Of a stretch of DNA of 64,000 nt, positions 9,166 through 18,117 are shown in pieces; position 1 is the stretch's first letter, and every line of letters starts with the position of its first letter. Below the pieces are notes generated by a model. That model was not told the origin of the DNA. It saw only the letters and a list, made by a program, of their open reading frames with translations, and made no database searches. The DNA lies in assembly GCA_012514745.1 (NCBI GenBank), contig JAAYZR010000002.1:104962-168961 (forward strand). Direction: 5' to 3'. This DNA comes from Candidatus Undivivens industriae (lineage in GTDB: Bacteria; Omnitrophota; Gorgyraeia; Gygaellales; Profunditerraquicolaceae). The position numbers and the translations under genes were made by a program.

Positions 9166-10374
9166 ATGAAGACTATCAAGGAGATCAACGCTAAGATCGG
9201 CAGGGGAGACGCCGTGGTGGTCACTGCCGAGGAGATAATCGACCTGGTGGCTAAGAAAGGCGTCAGGAAGGTCGCCAGGGAGGTGGACGTGGTCACCACC
9301 GCCACTTTCGGGCCCATGTGTTCCAGCGGAGTTTATTTTAATATCGGCCACTCCAAGCCGAGGATCAAACTGGGTGGCGGCAGCTGCACGGTCAATGACG
9401 TGCCGGTTTACGCCGCTTTTGGCGCCGTGGACGTCTTCCTCGGGGCTGCCGCCGTGCCGGACGATGATCCCCGCAATAAGGTCTTCCCCGGAGAATTCAA
9501 ATACGGCGGCGGGCACGTGATACAGGAATTGGCAGCGGGCAAAGACATCCGTCTGGAGTGCAGCGCTTACGGTACCGACTGCTATCCCCGGAGAAAATTG
9601 GAGACACTGCTTAACATCAGGGACTTAAACGAGGCGGTTCTCTTCAATATGCGCAATTGTTATCAGAATTATAACGTTGCAGTCAACCTCTCCGGCAAGA
9701 CCGTTTTTACCTATATGGGGATGCTCAAACCGCGGCTCGGCAACGCGAATTATTCTTCCGCCGGGCAGCTTTCGCCTCTGCTGAAAGACCCTTATTACCG
9801 AACCATAGGCATAGGCACCCGTATCTTCCTCGGAGGCGGGATCGGTTACATAGCCTGGAATGGGACGCAACACAATCCCTGCGCCGAACGCGGCAGGAAT
9901 GGTATCCCTCTGGGAGGCGCGGGGACGCTTGCGGTTATCGGCGATCTGAAACAGATGAGCCCGGAATGGCTGGTCGGCACGAGTATGGCGGGTTACGGGG
10001 TGACGCTTTCCGTAGGCATCGGCGTGCCTATCCCGGTTCTTGACGAGGAAGTGGTCAGGAGGGCGGCGGTTACCGATGCCGAGATATACGCTCCGGTGGT
10101 CGATTACGGCCGCGATTACCCGCGAAGGTCATCTCGCATCATCGCTGAAGTAAGTTACGCGGAACTGCGTTCCGGGAGCATCAAATTACGCGGCAAGACC
10201 GTTCCCACGGGCAGCCTTTCCAGCTACGCGCGCGCGCGCAAGATAGCCGTGCTGTTGAAGACCAGGATCGAGGAGGGAGAATTCTTTCTCACCGAGCCTT
10301 CGGCGGCGCTGCCGGGGGCCGAGAGCGGATATAAGGTGAAACCGCTCAACGAAAGGCTTTACAAAAAGGAGTAA
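9166..10374 (+). CDS. Homocysteine biosynthesis protein / L-aspartate semialdehyde sulfurtransferase (MA1821-like, DUF39)
   Basis: VDVVTTATFGPMCSSG, YGGGHVI, GTDCYPR, NANYSSAGQLSPL, GTQHNP. Confidence 0.9.
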   Translation: MKTIKEINAKIGRGDAVVVTAEEIIDLVAKKGVRKVAREVDVVTTATFGPMCSSGVYFNIGHSKPRIKLGGGSCTVNDVPVYAAFGAVDVFLGAAAVPDDDPRNKVFPGEFKYGGGHVIQELAAGKDIRLECSAYGTDCYPRRKLETLLNIRDLNEAVLFNMRNCYQNYNVAVNLSGKTVFTYMGMLKPRLGNANYSSAGQLSPLLKDPYYRTIGIGTRIFLGGGIGYIAWNGTQHNPCAERGRNGIPLGGAGTLAVIGDLKQMSPEWLVGTSMAGYGVTLSVGIGVPIPVLDEEVVRRAAVTDAEIYAPVVDYGRDYPRRSSRIIAEVSYAELRSGSIKLRGKTVPTGSLSSYARARKIAVLLKTRIEEGEFFLTEPSAALPGAESGYKVKPLNERLYKKE

Positions 10375-10390
10375 GGCAAGGAGTGGAAAG

Positions 10391-10798
10391 ATGATCTCTA
10401 GAAAAGTGGTTTTACATTTTCCCCGTAAACTGGTGGAACAGCCGATAGTTTTCAAACTGGTCAAGGATTACGGGCTTAATTTCAACATCCTTAAGGCTTA
10501 CGTGACCCCGGATGAGGAAGGACTGATGGTCCTGGAATTGAGCGGCGAAGAGCCGGCTTTCGAGAAGGGCTTGCATTATCTGAAGTCCTGCGGGGTGAAG
10601 ATACAGCCTTTGAGTCAGGACGTGGTAAGAAACGAGGAAAGATGCACCGATTGCGGTGTCTGCGTGCCTCTTTGTCCGGCGGGGGCTTTGCTGCCGGACA
10701 AAGAGAGCAGAGAGATCGTTTTTTTCGAGGATAAATGTATCGCCTGCGGGGTCTGTGTGCGTATTTGTCCGTTCAAGGCGATGGAAGTGCGTTTTTAA
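10391..10798 (+). CDS. NIL domain plus 2x[4Fe-4S] ferredoxin (MA1822-like)
   Basis: N-terminal NIL motif (FNILKA), two CxxCxxCxxxCP motifs, adjacent to the DUF39 gene. Confidence 0.9.
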   Translation: MISRKVVLHFPRKLVEQPIVFKLVKDYGLNFNILKAYVTPDEEGLMVLELSGEEPAFEKGLHYLKSCGVKIQPLSQDVVRNEERCTDCGVCVPLCPAGALLPDKESREIVFFEDKCIACGVCVRICPFKAMEVRF

Positions 10799-10862
10799 CG
10801 CGCGGCGCATGATCCCGAATGCCGGCCGGATATTATTGACCGGTTTCAGATTCTGACTTGCA

Positions 10863-10999
10863 GTCCTGAATGTTCCTTCAACAGGATCGGACAGCCGAGC
10901 AGGCAAGGATTACCCCGGGGTTCTGTTTCGAATAGTCAGACAGCTCACTACAAGGGTTTGTCGAAAAATTGCCCGGGGAGCTTTATAACCTGCGGGGAC
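10863..10999 (+). other. Candidate structured RNA leader upstream of birA
   Basis: Nested complementary segments forming a long rod (see findings); family not recognised. Confidence 0.35.
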
Positions 11000-11005
11000 A
11001 AAACA

Positions 11006-11980
11006 ATGCTTCGGGACAAGATAATCACATTGCTTAAAGAGCGTGAACGATTCGTGCGGGAGGAGGAGTTAACCTCCGCGCTTGGGATCAGCGCGGAGAA
11101 GTTGTGGGAAGAGATGCGCGGGCTGCGCGACAACGGTTACGTGATAGAAACCGTGCCGCATCTGGGTTATAAGATGACTTTTATTCCGGATCGTCTGATG
11201 CCGGCCGAGATAGAGAAGAACCTTACGACGGCCAAGATCGGCAGGCGCATAATTTATTTGGACAAGACCGTTTCGACCATGGACGACGTTTCACGCCTGG
11301 CTGTTGAAGGCGCGCAGGAAGGGACGGCGGTCGTCGCCGAGAGTCAGTCCGCAGGCCGCGGCAGGGCCGGCAGGAACTGGTTCTCCCCTGCCGGGAAAGG
11401 CATATATTTCTCCCTGCTGCTTCGTCCCTCCTCTTCAACTGGGCGTCTTTCCCTTCTTGCTCTGCTGGCGGCGGTAGCCGTTGCGGAAGCAGTGCATAGC
11501 GTTGCCGGCGTCGTTACCGGGATAAAATGGCCCAACGATATTCTGCTGGACGCCCGGAAGGCGGGAGGTATTCTTACCGAGGCCGGCAGCGGTGCCGGCG
11601 GCGCGCCTTACGTGGTGGTCGGCGTGGGTTTGAACGTGAACAACGAAACTGCCGAGTTGCTGCCGGGCACGGCCTCGATAGCTGAAGCGGCGGGAATGAA
11701 GGTGGACCGCGTGGCCCTGCTTCAGGAGATTTTCTTCAGGCTGGAAACCTATTATAAAGAATTTTGCCGCGGTGAGTACGCTTTGATAATCGATAAATGG
11801 CGCGGACTTAATTCCACACTGGGGAAAAGAGTCAAAGTAATCCTGCCCAGGGGGGTCATAGAGGGCGAGGCGGTGGATATAGAAGATGACGGCGGTCTGC
11901 TGGTCAGGAATGATTCCGGCTTGACGGAGAAAGTAACGGCAGGAGATGTGATACATTGCGGACTCCCGCAGCGCGGTTAA
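11006..11980 (+). CDS. birA: Bifunctional biotin--[acetyl-CoA-carboxylase] ligase / repressor
   Basis: N-terminal HTH, QSAGRGRAGRNW, KWPND, KAGGIL. Confidence 0.95.
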   Translation: MLRDKIITLLKERERFVREEELTSALGISAEKLWEEMRGLRDNGYVIETVPHLGYKMTFIPDRLMPAEIEKNLTTAKIGRRIIYLDKTVSTMDDVSRLAVEGAQEGTAVVAESQSAGRGRAGRNWFSPAGKGIYFSLLLRPSSSTGRLSLLALLAAVAVAEAVHSVAGVVTGIKWPNDILLDARKAGGILTEAGSGAGGAPYVVVGVGLNVNNETAELLPGTASIAEAAGMKVDRVALLQEIFFRLETYYKEFCRGEYALIIDKWRGLNSTLGKRVKVILPRGVIEGEAVDIEDDGGLLVRNDSGLTEKVTAGDVIHCGLPQRG

Positions 11981-12074
11981 TCAAACCGCAGAAACCACCG
12001 GCTTTCAAGCCGGATTTGCGGAGCGGCCTTGTCCTTGGTTTCTCTAAGGACCGCCCCGGGTTTAGGGTTTGAGT
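11981..12074 (+). repeat. Dispersed palindromic repeat copy
   Basis: TCAAACCGCAGAAACCACCGGCTTTCAAGCCGG...GCGGAGCGGCCTTGTCCTT...CTAAGG aligns with the copy at 12894. Confidence 0.8.
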
Positions 12075-12111
12075 GGGCCCCATTCGGCCTCCCGGGATAA
12101 CGAGACGATAA

Positions 12112-12873
12112 ATGACGCGAGTACCACGAGATAGGATTATATTATGCGTAATTCTCGCCGCCGCGGCGGCGGGCTGGTTTTTTAAAACCGTTATTTTCCG
12201 CTCCTCGGAACACGGTGGAGAGGCCGCTGCATTTTCTCCCGCGCAGGAAGACCCGATAAAAAAATACGTGGGGGAGAAGATCCTGTATCAGGTAAAACTC
12301 GGCATACTATCGGTGGGGACTGCTGAATTCGAACACAGGGATATTGCCGAACTGAACGGCGCCGCCGTTCATGTCGTGAATTTCCGCACTGTGCTGGCCC
12401 GGTTCAGGGATAATGAGCTTATTTATTGTCTCCCCGGCAGCCTGCTTCCGGTGCGCGTGGAAAGGATGATAGATTTCTGGCCGAAGAAAGAGAGGATAAC
12501 CGAGGAATACGACCAGACGGTTTTTTCTCTTAAGATAACAAGGGAAGAGGGGAAAAGCAGAAGCGAGCAGGTTATCAAGAAAGATAGGGCCATACATAAC
12601 GCCGTATTGCTGCCTTATTATGTCAGGACGATCCCCGGTCTTAAAGAAGGATGGCGGATGAACGTCCAGCTTCCGACGCAAAGCTTCATCGTTTCTCTGG
12701 ATTCCATAGAAGAAGTAAAGGTCCCGGCAGGCACTTTCAAGGCTTACCATTTTACGAGCGAACCGCGGAAATTCGAGATATGGATCTCCGCGGACGACAA
12801 AAGGATACCTTTAAAGTTGAAGGGGACGTCTTCCGCCGGATACACTCTTTTACTTACCGGTTACAGCATATAA
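12112..12873 (+). CDS. DUF3108-like membrane-anchored protein
   Basis: N-terminal TM, GEKILYQVK, EEVKVPAGTFKAY, IWISADDKRIPLK. Confidence 0.7.
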   Translation: MTRVPRDRIILCVILAAAAAGWFFKTVIFRSSEHGGEAAAFSPAQEDPIKKYVGEKILYQVKLGILSVGTAEFEHRDIAELNGAAVHVVNFRTVLARFRDNELIYCLPGSLLPVRVERMIDFWPKKERITEEYDQTVFSLKITREEGKSRSEQVIKKDRAIHNAVLLPYYVRTIPGLKEGWRMNVQLPTQSFIVSLDSIEEVKVPAGTFKAYHFTSEPRKFEIWISADDKRIPLKLKGTSSAGYTLLLTGYSI

Positions 12874-12893
12874 TGGACAAACGCGCTGTTTAT

Positions 12894-13002
12894 TCAAACC
12901 GCAGAAATCGCCGGTTTTCAATCCGGGGATAGCTGCGGAGCGGACTTGTCCTTAACTTGTCTAAGGGGCGCCCCGGGCTTCGAGCCCGGGGGATTTCATT
13001 AT
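12894..13002 (+). repeat. Dispersed palindromic repeat copy (most complete)
   Basis: TCAAACCGCAGAAATCGCCGG...CCGGGGATAGCTGCGG, then CCCCGGGCTTCGAGCCCGGGG hairpin and GATTTCA end. Confidence 0.8.
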
Positions 13003-13009
13003 TATCGAT

Positions 13010-14029
13010 ATGTCAAAAACGGCGGCGGTCGCTTTAAGCGGGGGAGTGGATTCCGCGGCAGCGGCTTTATTACTTAAATCGCGCGGTTTTCGGGTAATCG
13101 GAGTTACCGCTTTTTTGTCGGGGAACGAAGATATCTGCGCGGCGAGGCGCGCGGCGGCAGAGATCGGCATTGAGCACCGGGTATTCCGTCTGGAAAAAGA
13201 ATTCGAGCGCAAGGTTATCGATAACTTCCGCGCGGAATACGCCAGGGGGCGGACACCCAATCCCTGCGTGCGATGCAACCGCCACATCAAATTCGGGCTG
13301 CTGCGCGCCAGGGCCCTTTCCCTCGGGCCGGATTATTTCGCCACCGGGCATTACGCGAAAATAGAAAACGGCCGCCTGAAAAAAGCGGCCGACTCAGGAA
13401 AAGACCAGAGTTATTTTCTCTACAGTCTTGCTCCGGAGTCGCTCAAGAACACGCTTTTTCCGCTCGGCGGTTATACCAAGGAGGAAGTGCGCCGGTTTGT
13501 CTCCGCCGCGGGGTTGAGCGTTTCTTCCGGCAAGGAGAGCCAGGACGTATGTTTTGTCCCTGACGGCGATTACCGTTCTTTCCTTGCCTCAGTTCCGGGA
13601 TGCGGCTGCCTGCCCGGGGAATTCGTTGATACCGGGGGAAAAGTCCTCGGACGTCATAAAGGGGTGTCGTTTTATACCGTCGGGCAAAGACAGGGATTAG
13701 GTATTTCTTCCGGCCGTCCTTTGTACGTTAAAGAGGTGGACGCGCGGCGCAACAGGGTGGTGCTGGGCGGGAGACAGGAGGTTTTGGCGGCGGCTTTCAT
13801 CGTATACAACCCGAGCTTTCCAGGCGGGCCGTTGAAAAAGAAGGTTGTCCTTAACGTGAAGATACGTTATAATCATACGGAACAACCAGCCGAAATAACG
13901 CCATCCGGCAACACACTAAAAATTGTTTTTCGTTTCCCCCAATTCGCGGTTACTCCAGGACAATCGGCGGTGATTTACAGAGGAGATGTAGTCGTCGGGG
14001 GAGGCATAATAAGAAAGGTATTGGACTGA
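13010..14029 (+). CDS. mnmA: tRNA 2-thiouridine(34) synthase
   Basis: SGGVDS, TPNPCVRCN, ATGHYA, KDQSYFL, ESQDVCF, TPGQ. Confidence 0.96.
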   Translation: MSKTAAVALSGGVDSAAAALLLKSRGFRVIGVTAFLSGNEDICAARRAAAEIGIEHRVFRLEKEFERKVIDNFRAEYARGRTPNPCVRCNRHIKFGLLRARALSLGPDYFATGHYAKIENGRLKKAADSGKDQSYFLYSLAPESLKNTLFPLGGYTKEEVRRFVSAAGLSVSSGKESQDVCFVPDGDYRSFLASVPGCGCLPGEFVDTGGKVLGRHKGVSFYTVGQRQGLGISSGRPLYVKEVDARRNRVVLGGRQEVLAAAFIVYNPSFPGGPLKKKVVLNVKIRYNHTEQPAEITPSGNTLKIVFRFPQFAVTPGQSAVIYRGDVVVGGGIIRKVLD

Positions 14030-14030
14030 C

Positions 14031-14975
14031 ATGTCACCGGTAAGGAATGCGGACAACATCGGCAAAAAGATACAGGAGTTGAAGAAAAAAAAGAATGCGG
14101 TAATTCTGGCGCATAATTATCAACTCCCCGAGGTGCAGGATATAGCGGATTTCACCGGAGATTCCCTGGAATTAAGCCGTATCGCCGCCGGGACGAAAGC
14201 CGATGTGATCATTTTCTGCGGGGTGCATTTTATGGCCGAAACTGCCGCCGTACTGTCTCCGGAGAAAAAAGTGATAATGCCTGACATAACCGCCTCTTGT
14301 CCGATGGCCGGGATGATCACCAGGGAGGAACTGCGCGGACTGAAGGAGAAACACCCCGGCGCTGTCAGCGTCGGATACGTCAATACATCGGCCGCGGTGA
14401 AAGCCGAGCTGGATATCTGCTGCACCTCCACCAATGCCGTCGGGGTGGTGAAGACCGTGGCGGCAAAGATGGAAAAAGAGGGCCGCCGGCCGCAAATAAT
14501 CTTCGTCCCCGATAAATATCTGGCTTCCTACGTGAGCGCCCAAACCGGGATAAAGCTGATCGCCTGGGACGGGTTCTGTCCGACCCATATAAAGATAAGA
14601 CCGGAGGACATAAAAAAAGAGAAAAGATTTCATCCCGAAGCGCGCGTCCTGGCGCATCCGGAATGTCTGCCTTCCGTTATAGCCCTCGCCGATGCCGTCC
14701 TTTCCACCAGCGGGATGTCCAAATACGCCCGTTCTTCTTCCGCGCGCGAGTTCATTGTCGGGACTGAAGTCGGCATTATCTACAGGTTGAAGAAAGACAA
14801 CCCGGGCAAGGAATTCTATCCGGCGGCCGAGGCGGCGGTGTGTCCCAACATGAAGCGCACTACGCAGGAAAAAGTGCTTCTGGCGCTGGAGACCCTGCGC
14901 GGAGAGGTGAAGGTCCCGCAGGATATACGCAACCGCGCCCGCAGGGCCATAGACCGGATGCTGGAGACCTTTTGA
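14031..14975 (+). CDS. nadA: Quinolinate synthase
   Basis: ILAHNYQ, FCGVHFMAE, YVNTSA, AHPEC, CPNMK. Confidence 0.96.
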   Translation: MSPVRNADNIGKKIQELKKKKNAVILAHNYQLPEVQDIADFTGDSLELSRIAAGTKADVIIFCGVHFMAETAAVLSPEKKVIMPDITASCPMAGMITREELRGLKEKHPGAVSVGYVNTSAAVKAELDICCTSTNAVGVVKTVAAKMEKEGRRPQIIFVPDKYLASYVSAQTGIKLIAWDGFCPTHIKIRPEDIKKEKRFHPEARVLAHPECLPSVIALADAVLSTSGMSKYARSSSAREFIVGTEVGIIYRLKKDNPGKEFYPAAEAAVCPNMKRTTQEKVLLALETLRGEVKVPQDIRNRARRAIDRMLETF

Positions 14976-14982
14976 ACCGCAG

Positions 14983-15654
14983 ATGAATAATATCCCGGCG
15001 ATCTACGAGGACGATCATCTGGCCGTTTTCAATAAACCGCCCGGACTACTCACCATACCGGCTCCAGGAGGCAGGGAGAAAGATTTTACTTCCCTTCTAA
15101 ACTCCCGTAACAGGGGAGAGGAAGGTTTGCCGCGTTTTCATCCTTGCCACCGCCTCGACCGCGAAACCTCCGGTTTGATAATTTATGCCAAGGGTAAGTC
15201 CGCCCAGAAGAAAATGATGGATATCTTCCGCGGCAGGGCGGTGGAGAAGACGTATCTGGCCGTGCTGCACGGCAGCCCGGCGGAAGGAAAAAAAGCTATC
15301 CGCAGTCCGATAGAAGGGAAACCGGCCTCGACTTATTATGAAGTGCTGCTGCGGCGTCCGGCTTTCTCCGTGGTCTGCGCGTCCCCGGAAACCGGACGCA
15401 CCAATCAGTTGCGCATACATTTTACCGGAATCGGTCATCCGATCGTTGGCGAGGCGAGGTTCGTCTTCAGAAGGGATTTTGTTCTGAAGGCAAAGAGAGT
15501 GATGCTGCACGCCTGGCAGTTGGAATTCAGGCACCCTTATTCCGGCAAGGGCATCGTTTTGTCCGCTCCATTGCCTGTCGATATACGTAATTTTTTCCTG
15601 AAACACGGCGTGGACCCGGGACAATTCACGCCGCCGCGCGGCGCGCCGATTTAA
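14983..15654 (+). CDS. RluA family RNA pseudouridine synthase
   Basis: NKPPGL, HRLDRETSG, TGRTNQLR, GHPIVG, LHA. Confidence 0.92.
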   Translation: MNNIPAIYEDDHLAVFNKPPGLLTIPAPGGREKDFTSLLNSRNRGEEGLPRFHPCHRLDRETSGLIIYAKGKSAQKKMMDIFRGRAVEKTYLAVLHGSPAEGKKAIRSPIEGKPASTYYEVLLRRPAFSVVCASPETGRTNQLRIHFTGIGHPIVGEARFVFRRDFVLKAKRVMLHAWQLEFRHPYSGKGIVLSAPLPVDIRNFFLKHGVDPGQFTPPRGAPI

Positions 15655-15692
15655 ATATTGATTTATACGTCCGTTCTAATATAATAACTGGC

Positions 15693-16436
15693 ATGATAAA
15701 ATATATTCTTCTCGGCGCGGTGCAGGGAATGACTGAGTTTTTTCCTGTTAGCAGTTCCGCGCACCTCGTCATATTCCAAAAGCTTCTCGGCATAGACGGG
15801 CGCGGGCTGGTTTTCCCCATCGTTCTTCATCTGGGGACGCTTGCGGCGACCGTGCTGTATTTTCGCCGCGATATCCTGCGGACGCTTTCGGACAGGAGAC
15901 AGTTGCTGCTGGCGGCGGCGGTCACGCTGGTCACCGGCGTTATCGCTTTCCCGCTCAAAGGTTTTGCTGAAAAGATTTTTTTCTCTCCCGTGCCGGCGGC
16001 TTTTACCCTGCTGGCCACCGGAACGGCGCTTATCCTGACGGGGAGGCTGCGCGTTTCCGGCAAAAAGGATATTTCTTTTGGTGACGCGGCTTTAATGGGA
16101 GCGGCACAGGGGATAGCGGTGCTGCCCGGGATATCCCGTTCCGGTGCCACCATCTCCGCGCTTCTTTTCAGGGGTATTGAACGCGAGACGTGTTTTAAAT
16201 TCTCGTTCATTTCCGGGATACCGGCCGTGGCCGGCGCAGCCCTGCTGGACGCCCGCGAGATTACCGCGGTCTGCGTGGAATCATGGAGGGAGCCCCTGGC
16301 CGGGTTCCTTGCCAGTTTTATTTTCGGCCTGGCCGCGCTTGCGCTGTTGAGACGTTTGATTTTAAGGTCCAAATTGCCGTATTTCGGGTATTATTGTCTG
16401 CTGGCGGCGGCGGTAATCCTTATTTTTCTGAGATGA
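15693..16436 (+). CDS. uppP: Undecaprenyl-diphosphate phosphatase
   Basis: QGMTEFFPVSSSAH and PGISRSGATI. Confidence 0.94.
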   Translation: MIKYILLGAVQGMTEFFPVSSSAHLVIFQKLLGIDGRGLVFPIVLHLGTLAATVLYFRRDILRTLSDRRQLLLAAAVTLVTGVIAFPLKGFAEKIFFSPVPAAFTLLATGTALILTGRLRVSGKKDISFGDAALMGAAQGIAVLPGISRSGATISALLFRGIERETCFKFSFISGIPAVAGAALLDAREITAVCVESWREPLAGFLASFIFGLAALALLRRLILRSKLPYFGYYCLLAAAVILIFLR

Positions 16437-17332
16437 GCATACTTGTTCTGGGAACAGTGGCTTTGGATACGGTCAAAACGCCGCACGGCCGGCGTCATTA
16501 TATGCTGGGGGGTTCCGCCGTTCATTTTTCCATGTCCGCCAGGCTTTTCACGCACGTCAACCTGGTGGCTACCGTGGGCGAGGACTTCCCTTCCCAGCAT
16601 CTGGATTTTCTCTCCGGTAAAGGCATAAATCTGGATTCCCTGATGAAGACGGCCGGCGTTACCTTCAAGTGGAGCGGGGAATACAAAGGCGATATGAACA
16701 CGGCGCTTACCCTTAAAACCGAGCTGGGAGTGCTCTCCACCTTCAGCCCGAAGGTAAGAACCGGCCAGCGCGGCATCCGCAACATTTTTCTCGCCAATGT
16801 CGATCCGGATATCCAGAAACAGCTCCTTGGACGTATGCATTCGGCGCGGCTGGTCGGCCTTGACAGCATGAATTACTGGATACATAATAAACGGGCTTCG
16901 CTGTTAAGACTGCTTAAGAAAGTGGATATTTACGTGGCCAATGACCGCGAAGCGCGCGATCTTTCCGAAGAGGAGCACCTTGTGAGCGCGGCCAGGCGGC
17001 TGCAGCGCATGGGCCCGCGCATAGTGCTCATAAAGAAGGGAGAGCACGGAGTCTTGCTTTACGGCCCGGATCTTTTTTTCTCCCTGCCGGCTTATCCGGT
17101 GGATAAGGTCGTGGACCCCACCGGAGCGGGCGACACTTTCGCGGGAGGGTTCATGGGGTATCTCGCCGGCTGCGGGCGTACGGACAGGAAGGCGTTTAAA
17201 AGAGCGATTGTTTACGGCACGGTTTGTGCTTCTTTCAACGTGGAGGGGTTCGGACTGGAACGCAGCGGCAGGCTCACCCTGGCGGATATCCGCGGCAGGA
17301 TGAAATGTTTCAAGGAAATAAGCGCTTTTTGA
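16433..17332 (+). CDS. PfkB family sugar/nucleoside kinase
   Basis: LGGSA, KKGEHG, DPTGAGDTFAGGF; ATGA overlap with uppP. Confidence 0.9.
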   Translation: MSILVLGTVALDTVKTPHGRRHYMLGGSAVHFSMSARLFTHVNLVATVGEDFPSQHLDFLSGKGINLDSLMKTAGVTFKWSGEYKGDMNTALTLKTELGVLSTFSPKVRTGQRGIRNIFLANVDPDIQKQLLGRMHSARLVGLDSMNYWIHNKRASLLRLLKKVDIYVANDREARDLSEEEHLVSAARRLQRMGPRIVLIKKGEHGVLLYGPDLFFSLPAYPVDKVVDPTGAGDTFAGGFMGYLAGCGRTDRKAFKRAIVYGTVCASFNVEGFGLERSGRLTLADIRGRMKCFKEISAF

Positions 17333-17348
17333 AAGGAGAGCGTCAATC

Positions 17349-17798
17349 ATGCTTGAGGAAAAGATTTTCAGCGACTATAAAGAAGCCCTTAAAAGCAAGG
17401 ACAGTCTTAGATCCTCGGTCTTGAGTTTCCTCAGGGCTGAACTTAAGAATGTGGCGATGAGCAAGAACAGGGATTTGCTGGACGATGCGGACTGCATAGC
17501 GGTGATAAAGAAACAGATAAAACGGCGGGAGGATTCCATACAGCAGTTCAGGCAGGGGAACCGCCCTGACCTCGCCGACAAGGAAGGGAAAGAAAGTTTA
17601 ATATTGAAAGATTATCTGCCGCCGCAGTTGTCCGTTGCCGACCTTTCGCGCATAATAGAAGAGAGTATAACTTCTCTGGGCGCCTCCGGGCTTCAAGATA
17701 TGGGCCGGGTAATGAAAGAAGTGACCTCCAGGACCGGCGTTTCGGCAGACGCCCGCCAGGTCAGCGAGATGGTCAGGATCCGGCTGGCGGCTTCGTAA
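17349..17798 (+). CDS. GatB/YqeY domain protein
   Basis: KQIKRREDSIQQF, YLPPQLS, DMGRVMK. Confidence 0.9.
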   Translation: MLEEKIFSDYKEALKSKDSLRSSVLSFLRAELKNVAMSKNRDLLDDADCIAVIKKQIKRREDSIQQFRQGNRPDLADKEGKESLILKDYLPPQLSVADLSRIIEESITSLGASGLQDMGRVMKEVTSRTGVSADARQVSEMVRIRLAAS

Positions 17799-17866
17799 AT
17801 ATGAGTGATAAGAGAGGAATGTTTATGTTTTTTCCCGCGTCCCCCGATTCACGATGTATCCCGCTG

Positions 17867-17894
17867 TTGACTATTCCGATAAAGCTGTTATAAT
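17867..17894 (+). promoter_or_regulatory. Sigma70 promoter for tRNA-Thr
   Basis: TTGACT-16 nt-TATAAT with a TG extension. Confidence 0.7.
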
Positions 17895-17948
17895 CATACC
17901 GGTTTGCAGCTTGTCGCCCTTTAGGGGCATGGGTACTTGCCGTTTTAC

Positions 17949-18024
17949 GCCGATGTAGCTCAGTTGGTAGAGCAGCGCTTTCGTAAAGCGCGGGCCGGTG
18001 GTTCAAATCCACTCATCGGCTCCA
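17949..18024 (+). tRNA. tRNA-Thr(CGT)
   Basis: GCCGATG/CATCGGC acceptor stem, anticodon loop TTCGTAA, GGTTCAAATCC T-arm, encoded CCA. Confidence 0.95.
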
Positions 18025-18117
18025 TATTTAACCCTGAAAGCGGAAGTTAAAGCCAAAATAGAATTCCCGGCTTTACCCGAGGTGCCGCCGGGGATATATA
18101 GTATTATACAGCGGGAT

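Noticed and set aside
11981-13002. Repeats as a CRISPR array
   Set aside because: Copies are dispersed and degenerate with whole genes between them, and there are no cas genes.
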